Shown here piece after piece: positions 25,034 through 32,000 of a stretch of DNA of 32,000 nucleotides. The first letter of the stretch is position 1. Each line of letters opens with the position of its first letter. The DNA lies in NCBI GenBank assembly GCA_964475755.1, contig CAYYXR010000033.1:1-32000 (forward strand). The letters are read 5' to 3'. This DNA is from an uncultured Rhodobacterales bacterium (GTDB taxonomy: Bacteria > Pseudomonadota > Alphaproteobacteria > Rhodospirillales > Rhodospirillaceae). The position numbers were made by a program, and so were the translations under genes. A model generated the notes under the pieces. That model did not search any database. It was not told the DNA's origin and was given only the letters and a program-made list of their open reading frames with translations.

Positions 25034-25938
25034 ATCAGGTTTCGGGAACGGATAGGATCACCATGCAAATTCGCAGCTACATCGAGCTGATGAAATTGCG
25101 GATCGGCTTTTTGATCGCCGTCAGCGCCATGGCCGGATACGCCGCCGTGGCGCATCAGGTGGACGCATGGCAGTTGGCGATTTTGTTTGTCGCGATGCTG
25201 CTGGGGTCTTCGGGCTCCGCCGTTTTCAACCAATTTTACGACCGGGATATCGACCGCCTGATGCCGCGCACCGCGCAAAGGCCGCTGGCCGCCGGTACGC
25301 TGGAAGATCCGCGCCGTGCGCTGTGGTTTGCGGGCTTGTTGCTGTTGGCCGGATGTGCGCTGGCGCTACTGGCGTTTAATTGGGTGGTCGCGCTGCACTT
25401 ATTTCTCGGCGCCTTCGTGTACGGCGTTGTGTACACGGTCTGGCTCAAGCGCCGTCATTGGACCAACATCATCATCGGCGGTGCGGCGGGTAGTTTTGCC
25501 GTACTGGCCGGCGCGGCGGCGGTCGATCCGAACATCTGGCTTCTGCCGGCGTTGATGGCGATTACGCTCTTCTTATGGACGCCGTCGCACTTTTGGGCGC
25601 TTGCGATTCTCATTAAGGATGATTACGCGAAGGCCGGTGTACCGATGCTGCCGGTGATCGCCGGCGATGCGGTGTGTGCGAAGTGGATTTTCGCGAACAC
25701 GATTGCGTTGGTTGGGTCGGCCTTATTACCGGTGGTGTTCGGCCAACTCGGCTGGCTCTATGCCGTCGTGTCCACCGCGTTCGGACTGCGGTTTTTGTGG
25801 CTGAACTGGATGCTGGTGCGTGATCCGTCACGCGATCTGGCGCGGCGCAATTTCCTGTTCTCGATGCAGTATCTGGCCGGTGTGTTCCTGGCGGTTGTGA
25901 TCGACAAGCATGTGCCGCTGTCGGCCATCAGGCTATAG
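25030..25938 (+). CDS. ctaB: Protoheme IX farnesyltransferase (heme O synthase)
   Basis: UbiA-family motifs NQFYDRDIDRLMPRTAQRPLAAG and YTVWLKRRHWTNIIIGG. ATG at 25030 forms an ATGA overlap with the upstream stop; ATG at 25063 is an alternative start. Confidence 0.92.
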   Translation: MNQVSGTDRITMQIRSYIELMKLRIGFLIAVSAMAGYAAVAHQVDAWQLAILFVAMLLGSSGSAVFNQFYDRDIDRLMPRTAQRPLAAGTLEDPRRALWFAGLLLLAGCALALLAFNWVVALHLFLGAFVYGVVYTVWLKRRHWTNIIIGGAAGSFAVLAGAAAVDPNIWLLPALMAITLFLWTPSHFWALAILIKDDYAKAGVPMLPVIAGDAVCAKWIFANTIALVGSALLPVVFGQLGWLYAVVSTAFGLRFLWLNWMLVRDPSRDLARRNFLFSMQYLAGVFLAVVIDKHVPLSAIRL

Positions 25939-25986
25939 GCCAAAGCGGCGAAATCAAATTCACAGCAATTGCGGACAGGAGCGGCG

Positions 25987-26748
25987 ATGAGCCGGATTGT
26001 CTGGATTACCGGGGCGGGCAAGGGCATCGGACGAGCGGTGGCCCTGGCGTATGCGGCGCACGGCTGGACCGTTGCGGTGAGTGCGCGCACGGGCGATGAT
26101 CTTGACACTCTTTCCGCCGAGGCCAAAGACGCAAACCTGCCGGGCCGCGTTGTTCCTTATGCTGCGGACGTGACCGATCACGACGCCATGAAGCAGACAT
26201 TCAAGCAGATCGAACATGACGTGGGCGCGGTGGAACACGTCATTTTGAATGCAGGTACGCACATGCCGAGCCCGGCGAAAAAATTCAACACCGAAGCTTA
26301 TCGTACATTGTTGGAAATCAACGTGATGGGCAGTGTGAACGGGCTTTCCGCTGTTTTGCCGACCTTCATCGAACGTAAATCAGGGCGCATTGGCATTGTC
26401 GCATCGGTGGCCGGATACAGCGGGTTGCCCGCGGCCGGGGCATACGGCGCCAGCAAGGCAGCGCTGATCAACATGTGCGAGGCATTGAAGACGGAATTGG
26501 ACTCGTTGGGTGTGGGTCTGTCCGTCATCAATCCCGGATTTGTGCGCACGCCGTTGACCGCCAAGAATAAATTCCCGATGCCGTTCCTGATTGATGCGGA
26601 TGTCGCCGCGCGGCACATTTACAACGGCATGCAAAAGGGCAAGTTCGAGATCGCGTTTCCGCGCACTTTCGTGATCATCCTGAAGATTTTGCGCATGCTA
26701 CCCTACGGTCTGTACTTCCCGATCATTAAGAAGGTGACCGGACTATGA
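25987..26748 (+). CDS. SDR-family oxidoreductase
   Basis: ITGAGKGIGRAVAL, NAG, and YGASKAAL (YxxxK). ATG at 25987 with AGGAG 5 nt upstream. Confidence 0.85.
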   Translation: MSRIVWITGAGKGIGRAVALAYAAHGWTVAVSARTGDDLDTLSAEAKDANLPGRVVPYAADVTDHDAMKQTFKQIEHDVGAVEHVILNAGTHMPSPAKKFNTEAYRTLLEINVMGSVNGLSAVLPTFIERKSGRIGIVASVAGYSGLPAAGAYGASKAALINMCEALKTELDSLGVGLSVINPGFVRTPLTAKNKFPMPFLIDADVAARHIYNGMQKGKFEIAFPRTFVIILKILRMLPYGLYFPIIKKVTGL

Positions 26749-27185
26749 GTGCTTCGCGTTCAGTTGGTCCGGCCGACGCCTATATACGCTTTTACGAAGA
26801 GCTTGGCCCTGACACTGTCGATCGCTTGAGGGAGGTTGCCAGCGATGACGTCCGCTTTCGTGATCCGTTCAACGACGTTACAGGACTGGAGGCGTATCGC
26901 CGGCTGTTGGTAAAGATGTATGACACTTTGCCCGATGCGAAATTTATCGTGACTCATCAAAGCGTGGACGGGGATACGTGTTTTATTCGCTGGCGCTCAG
27001 AGGCGACGTTGCGCGGAAAGCCATGGATTGTAGAAGGAATGAGCGAATTGAGGTTCGCACCCGACGGCAAGGTGCGTGAACACATCGACCATTGGGATGC
27101 GGCGGGGCAATTCTACGAACGTTTTCCAATCATCGGGTCAATGATCAGGTTCATTCGGCGGCGCGTGGCGAAGGCGCATCAATAG
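26745..27185 (+). CDS. NTF2-fold (SnoaL-like) protein
   Basis: ATGA overlap with the SDR stop. VRFRDPFNDVTGLEAYRRL and CFIRWR patterns, typical of the SnoaL-like partners of SDRs in lipid-modification clusters. Confidence 0.65.
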   Translation: MSASRSVGPADAYIRFYEELGPDTVDRLREVASDDVRFRDPFNDVTGLEAYRRLLVKMYDTLPDAKFIVTHQSVDGDTCFIRWRSEATLRGKPWIVEGMSELRFAPDGKVREHIDHWDAAGQFYERFPIIGSMIRFIRRRVAKAHQ

Positions 27186-28533
27186 CGCGGCGCGCCAGAC
27201 CATCCAGCCTCTTGCGGATAACGCCCTGCCGCGCGGCGGTGATGGGAAATCCCCAGATCATGAAAATGGTCATGATTTTTAGAGCCACGGGCACAAGCGA
27301 ATACCCCACCGCCACGGCGAGCACCGCCGTGGCGTCATTCGCGCCGCCGGCGGAAAATCCAAACGCATCCAGCACGGGGAAAGCGATGCCTACGCCCAGC
27401 GCAAACGCAAGCTTAGTCGACATGCTCCAGAGGGCGAAAAACAGACCGGCCCGTTGCTCACCTGTTTTGAGGGTATCGTAGTCAACGACATCGGCCTGCA
27501 GGGCCGGGGGCAGGGCGAGGTCCGCGCCAAGGCCCATGCCGGTGACGACACAGATGAGTCCAAATGCGATCACTTGGCCGGGCTCAAGCAGAGGCACCCA
27601 AACAAAAGCAAGGCACGCAATGATCATCGATACACACCAGGTTCGGTGTTTGCTCCATTTGCGGCTGAGCATAAGCCATGCGGGAATGGCCGCGACGGCG
27701 CTGAAGAAATAGACCAGCGTCAGAACGCTTCTTGCTGTTTGACCGGCTTGCAGGGCGTGTTCGAGATACAGGAGAAATAGGGAGGCCGGGATGCCTGTCG
27801 CGAGACCGTTGATAAACCATGCCGCGATTAGACGAACAAACGGCCGGTTTTTTGCAATATGACGCAGTTGCAGAACAAACGATTTCGAGCTGTTTGGCTT
27901 TGTTGTTTCAGACCTTGCGCGGGATATGTCCGGCACGCGCCACAGCATAATGGCAATGAACGGCCCACCAATGAGAACGGCCATCCAGGAAATCGCCGCG
28001 TAGGCGTCTTGTTCGGTGCCGCCTGTACTGGAGACAAATGTCGGTACAATACCGGCGGCCAGTATGCCGATGACCATCATGCCTTCGCGTGCGGAGGTAA
28101 TCCGTGCGCGTTCGAAATAATCGCCTGAAAGTTCCGCACCCCAAGCCGTGTAAGGCACTTGAACCAATGTCCAACCGACGTAAAGCAGCACCGACCAGAG
28201 CATAAAGTATGTGACAGTGACGTTTTCCGGCGGCTGAAAGAGTTGGAGGATCGCAATACCGCCGACGATGCCGCCGACGACGATCCAGGGTTTGCGGCGG
28301 CCCCAACGTGAGTGCCATTTATCGCTATATAGGCCGACAAAGGGATCGACGACGACATCTATGCCGCGCGCAATCAGCAAGGCAAGTCCGGCGGCCGAAA
28401 GTCCGAGCGCTTCACCGTAAAACGCCGGTAGGAAGATGAATGCCGGGATCATGGGCATGGCTAGGGCAAAGCCGGGCAGGGCATACGCAATGAGACGCCC
28501 TGTCGGAACGTGATCGGCGTTGTGCTGTGTCAT
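27151..28533 (-). CDS. MFS transporter, glycoside-pentoside-hexuronide (GPH)-like
   Basis: 12-TM pattern. N-terminal GIDVVVDPFVGLYSDKWHSRWGRRKPW is the typical GPH/MelB-like signature. The start lies 2 nt after the CFA-synthase-like stop. Confidence 0.85.
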   Translation of the reverse strand: MTQHNADHVPTGRLIAYALPGFALAMPMIPAFIFLPAFYGEALGLSAAGLALLIARGIDVVVDPFVGLYSDKWHSRWGRRKPWIVVGGIVGGIAILQLFQPPENVTVTYFMLWSVLLYVGWTLVQVPYTAWGAELSGDYFERARITSAREGMMVIGILAAGIVPTFVSSTGGTEQDAYAAISWMAVLIGGPFIAIMLWRVPDISRARSETTKPNSSKSFVLQLRHIAKNRPFVRLIAAWFINGLATGIPASLFLLYLEHALQAGQTARSVLTLVYFFSAVAAIPAWLMLSRKWSKHRTWCVSMIIACLAFVWVPLLEPGQVIAFGLICVVTGMGLGADLALPPALQADVVDYDTLKTGEQRAGLFFALWSMSTKLAFALGVGIAFPVLDAFGFSAGGANDATAVLAVAVGYSLVPVALKIMTIFMIWGFPITAARQGVIRKRLDGLARRAIDAPSPRAAE

Positions 28534-28535
28534 GG

Positions 28536-29747
28536 TTATTGGCGAACCAGCTTGAATTGGCCGACGTTGATCGCGTTCGCCCTAAAGCCGCCTTCGCAGT
28601 ACGCAAGATACATTTCCCACATGCGGCGAAAGCGCTCATCGAAACCCATTGGCTCTATCGCGTGCCAAGAGGAGAGGAATCTATCGCGCCAGAGCTTGAG
28701 CGTTTGCGCGTAGCTTGCGCCGAACATTGTTGCGCCTTCGAAACTCAACTTGGCGCGGTCGAACTGTTCCCTCAGGGCTTCCACCGAAGGCAGCATGCCG
28801 CCAGGAAAGATGTATTTCTGGATGAAGTCCGCGTTACGCCGATACTGATCAAACCGGTTTTCGGCGATGGTAATGATTTGCAATGCGGCTGCGCCGCCAT
28901 TGGTCAGGCGTTCGTGAATCATGTTGAAATATCTGGGCCAATGGCGCTCGCCGACGGCTTCGAACATTTCGATCGAAGCGATGCGATCAAAGGTGCCTTC
29001 TACGTCTCTGTAGTCCTGAAGGCGCAGATCGACTTTGTCCGAAAGCCCGGCCTGCTGAATGCGCTGGGAAGCAAAGGTAAGCTGCTCCTTAGACAATGTC
29101 AGACCAGTGATTTGACAGCCATGCGTTCTGGCGGCGTATTCGGCAAATCCACCCCATCCGCATCCAATCTCAAGAATGCGGTGTTCGGGCTTTAAGTCGA
29201 GCATTTCCGCAATGCGGCGGTATTTTGCGATTTGCCCCTCGGACAGCGGCTGGTCGGGCGCGTCGAACATCGCAGAAGAGTACGTCATGGTTGGATCGAG
29301 CCACTTTCCGTAGAACTCGTTCCCCAGGTCATAGTGGGCGGCGATATTCTTACGGCTTCCCCTTTTTGAATTGGGGCGCATCACGTGAAGAAGTCTGTTC
29401 CACGTTTCATATATGGCGTTTTGCAGGCCGTTTCCTTGCCACTTATTTGGATTCATTGCCGCGAGCTCGATAACCTTGGATAGGTCGGGGCTTTCCCAGT
29501 CGCCGTCCAAGTAAGCTTCAACGAATCCGGACTCTCCTTGCGTTAAAAAGCGGCGGATAGCCCGATATCTGTTTATGCGGACAGTTGCTTTTGGTTCCAG
29601 TGAAAGGCGCCCATCCAAATGATAGGTCGAGCCGTCCGGAAAAATGAGTGTCAGCTGCCCTTTTTCCAGCCGGCTTGCGATACTGATAAATTTTTCGATG
29701 AAGCTGTTGCCGGGCGCTGAAACATCGCCGTCAGTTGCGTTCACCAT
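28536..29747 (-). CDS. Cyclopropane-fatty-acyl-phospholipid-synthase-family SAM-dependent methyltransferase
   Basis: NIAAHYDLGNEFY, SAM-binding ILEIGCGWGGFA, SIEMFEAVG, IQKYIFPGG and YLAYCEGGF motifs. Confidence 0.9.
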   Translation of the reverse strand: MVNATDGDVSAPGNSFIEKFISIASRLEKGQLTLIFPDGSTYHLDGRLSLEPKATVRINRYRAIRRFLTQGESGFVEAYLDGDWESPDLSKVIELAAMNPNKWQGNGLQNAIYETWNRLLHVMRPNSKRGSRKNIAAHYDLGNEFYGKWLDPTMTYSSAMFDAPDQPLSEGQIAKYRRIAEMLDLKPEHRILEIGCGWGGFAEYAARTHGCQITGLTLSKEQLTFASQRIQQAGLSDKVDLRLQDYRDVEGTFDRIASIEMFEAVGERHWPRYFNMIHERLTNGGAAALQIITIAENRFDQYRRNADFIQKYIFPGGMLPSVEALREQFDRAKLSFEGATMFGASYAQTLKLWRDRFLSSWHAIEPMGFDERFRRMWEMYLAYCEGGFRANAINVGQFKLVRQ

Positions 29748-29770
29748 ATCTGCCTCGCTTCACGCTTGGG

Positions 29771-30586
29771 TCAAGCTGCGATCTCTTTCCGATCCTTGAC
29801 AACCGTCACCGGATTGGGCGGCGGCGCCGGATGGTGCACAAGCGGTATGCCCTTCATCCATAATCTTAGAGCCTCCCAATGGATTCCACCAATAACCTTT
29901 AGGGTCATAAGCGGATATTTGAAAAATAGCTTCAAGGCCGCGCTTCGGGTTAGCCCATGTTGGGTGCCGTTGAACGCGGCATACAATAGCTGTCCATCAC
30001 CGTCTGTTTCATCTATCGCGATGGAAATCGCGCCGTCCGGCGGCTTAATTCGAAAATGATATGTCATGTCCATTTCTATGAATGGAGAGACGTACATTTC
30101 TTTTTTGCACGACTGCTCAATGAACGATCCGGCCTTCGCACAATTTTTATCAGTTGGGATGAGATAGGAATGACGCTCATGAAACGTATTCGTAACCTGA
30201 TACAAAATGGCCGCAAGGTCTTCGCCGGTGCTGCTTTTGGTATAACAGAAATAAACACTGAGGGGATTGAAGACGTATCCTAGGATGCGGGGGTAGCAGA
30301 GCAGGCGAATAGACCCGCCCCTTAAGTCGATTCCTGCAACTTTTAATTTGTCCTCGACCCATGCGCGCAGCGGTGCGCCGTCACCGGCTCCGTGGTCCCG
30401 GTCGTGAAAGGACAGCAAGCCAAAGGTGTTGTAGCTAAATCCACGCAGGTTTTGATGAAGGCGCGGTAATTCGTTCAAATCCAAGAGCATTGAGAATACG
30501 CGATATTGCAATGCATGCTGCTTGGGGCGAGTTCTATTGTGAACGACGCGCCCTTCATAAATGCAGGAATTCAGTTCGCCCGTCAC
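29771..30586 (-). CDS. DUF1365-family protein
   Basis: N-terminal IYEGRVVHNRTRPKQHALQYRVFSMLLDLNEL, then YPRILGYVFNPLSVYFCY. GTGA overlap with the upstream gene. Confidence 0.8.
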   Translation of the reverse strand: MTGELNSCIYEGRVVHNRTRPKQHALQYRVFSMLLDLNELPRLHQNLRGFSYNTFGLLSFHDRDHGAGDGAPLRAWVEDKLKVAGIDLRGGSIRLLCYPRILGYVFNPLSVYFCYTKSSTGEDLAAILYQVTNTFHERHSYLIPTDKNCAKAGSFIEQSCKKEMYVSPFIEMDMTYHFRIKPPDGAISIAIDETDGDGQLLYAAFNGTQHGLTRSAALKLFFKYPLMTLKVIGGIHWEALRLWMKGIPLVHHPAPPPNPVTVVKDRKEIAA

Positions 30587-31944
30587 GCCGCCTCGCTGTA
30601 AATCGCAGGCAGTGCGATCCTGCCGGATTCATTTTCAACGTGCCACGGCCTTCGTACGCCACCCAACGCTTCCGCGACCGCCAGCCCCGACTGTAACCCG
30701 TCTTCATGAAACCCATGACCGAAATAGGCACCACAAAACCAAGTTCGGTTGGCGCCTTGCAGGGTCCACAGCGATTTCTGCGCGTTTAGAGCGGCGTGAT
30801 CAAAAATGGGGTGCTCGTACTCGAATGACTTGATGAAACACTCTTCGTTGGGGGGCCGGTGAGGGTTGAGGGTCACAAATATCGGAAAACGCTCGTCGAT
30901 ATTCTGAAGAAGGTTCATCCAATAAGTCAGGCTGACCAAATTGGAAGTGGATGCAGCTTCGTCCGAGATGTAATTCCAACTTGCCCAGGCGCGGCGCCGC
31001 TTCGGCATCAGAGAGTTATCGGTATGCAGAACGGCGGTATTGCGCTCATACCGAATGGCGCCGAGCGTTTGTTGCTCCAGCGCGCTGGCATTGGCCAGTA
31101 TTGAAAGCGCTTGATCGCTGTGCGTTGCGAGCACGACGTGATCGAACCGGCGCGTCTGCCCGTTTTCCAATGTCAACTCAACGTGATCAGAGTGACGGAC
31201 AATCCTTTTTACGCCGCAATTCAGGTTGATACGGTCTGCAAATGATTGCGTCAGCCGCTGAACGTAACTTCGGCTGCCGCCGGTGACCGTTCGCCACTGA
31301 AGTCTGTTTCGGGCCTTTGCCTCCAGAAGCCCGTGGTTCTTGAAGAAACGCACAAAGGCGGTCAATGGATAGGCGAGCATCTCTCTATAAGACGCGGACC
31401 AGATTGAGCGGCCCAAAGGCAACAAGTAGTCTTGAATAAAACTTTCCGAATAGCCGTTCGTCTTCAGGAAGGTGCCCAGCGTCAACGAGGGCTCGGCCGC
31501 TTTTTGATCAAATTCCGATGCCTCGCGGAAGAATCGTATGATGTCCCAAACCATGTTCCAAAATCGAGGCCGCAATAGGTTCCGCTTCTGAGCAAGCATG
31601 CTTCGAAGGTTGTATCCGGAATACTCGAATGCGCCGTTTTCCACAGATGCCGAGAACGACATGTCGCTCGGTTCCGTCGCGACGCCGAGGTGTTTGAATA
31701 GAGCAGTTAGATTAGGATAGGTGACTTCGTTAAATACAATAAAACCAGTATCAACGGGAATTGATCGTTCCTGCATACGCCAGTTCACGGGAACATCAAC
31801 GGTGTTGCAATGTCCGCCTATCCAGTTTACTTTTTCGAAGACTTCGACGTCATGACGTTTGTTCAGCAGCCACGCAGCGGCCATGCCCGATACGCCCGTC
31901 CCAATGACGGCAATTTGCAGACGGTCTTTGCTTAAATGTGTCAC
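30583..31944 (-). CDS. FAD-dependent oxidoreductase (amine-oxidase / phytoene-desaturase-like)
   Basis: N-terminal dinucleotide-binding IAVIGTGVSGMAAAWLL...VEVFEK and C-terminal WFCGAYFGHGFHEDGLQSG. GTG at 31944 with AGAGGG upstream. Confidence 0.85.
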   Translation of the reverse strand: MTHLSKDRLQIAVIGTGVSGMAAAWLLNKRHDVEVFEKVNWIGGHCNTVDVPVNWRMQERSIPVDTGFIVFNEVTYPNLTALFKHLGVATEPSDMSFSASVENGAFEYSGYNLRSMLAQKRNLLRPRFWNMVWDIIRFFREASEFDQKAAEPSLTLGTFLKTNGYSESFIQDYLLPLGRSIWSASYREMLAYPLTAFVRFFKNHGLLEAKARNRLQWRTVTGGSRSYVQRLTQSFADRINLNCGVKRIVRHSDHVELTLENGQTRRFDHVVLATHSDQALSILANASALEQQTLGAIRYERNTAVLHTDNSLMPKRRRAWASWNYISDEAASTSNLVSLTYWMNLLQNIDERFPIFVTLNPHRPPNEECFIKSFEYEHPIFDHAALNAQKSLWTLQGANRTWFCGAYFGHGFHEDGLQSGLAVAEALGGVRRPWHVENESGRIALPAIYSEAA

Positions 31945-32000
31945 CCATACCCTCTATTTTTGCGCCCCAATTAAAATCAGGCGGATCTCTCAACTGTCAA

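Noticed and set aside
23957-25278. Minus-strand ORFs of 225 aa (23957-24634) and 201 aa (24673-25278)
   Set aside because: Antisense to the HCO-like gene and to ctaB. No motifs, and composition typical of shadow ORFs.

Overview
Gene-dense, high-GC bacterial chromosomal segment. GC is roughly 60% by eye, and hand-counted 60-nt rows range from about 38% to 67%. Gene content and order look alphaproteobacterial, which is an inference. I call about 40 protein-coding genes and recognise no rRNA, tRNA, CRISPR array, transposase or integrase.

Landmarks, left to right:
- 0-4.5 kb: tail of a hydratase gene, an SDR, then a minus-strand run of exported enzymes (M48 metalloprotease lipoprotein, Tat-signal NTF2-fold protein, and an S1C serine protease apparently split from its N-terminal domain).
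- 4.7-7.7 kb: a small acidic ORF, a Zn-metallopeptidase-like gene whose stop overlaps the start of a D-Ala-D-Ala-ligase-family ATP-grasp gene, and a host-attachment-family gene.
- 7.9-10.4 kb: an ECF sigma / anti-sigma / membrane-anchored CpxP-like operon, divergent from a secreted Spy/CpxP-like gene.
- 10.4-12.1 kb: a DUF924 gene interrupted by an in-frame TAG, then MAPEG and flavodoxin-like genes.
- 12.1-15.9 kb: dienelactone hydrolase, cNMP-binding protein, USP, rhodanese and YeeE/YedE on the minus strand, with divergent TusA.
- 16-17.3 kb: ammonium transporter.
- 17.3-22.5 kb (minus strand): ctaC-ctaD-ctaG-ctaE (aa3-type cytochrome c oxidase), followed by a GST and DUF983.
- 22.8-25.9 kb: divergent operon of a small TM ORF, DUF420 (CtaM-like), a heme-copper-oxidase subunit-I-like paralog and ctaB.
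- 26-32 kb: SDR plus NTF2-like genes, convergent with a lower-GC operon of FAD oxidoreductase, DUF1365, cyclopropane-fatty-acid-synthase-like methyltransferase and MFS transporter.

Most interesting to me:
- the HCO subunit-I paralog that keeps the heme-ligand histidines but lacks the CuB His-His pair and is translationally coupled to ctaB;
- the coupled peptidase/ATP-grasp pair;
- two apparently disrupted genes (the split protease and the amber-interrupted DUF924).

All family assignments come from motif recognition by eye on the supplied translations. No searches were run.
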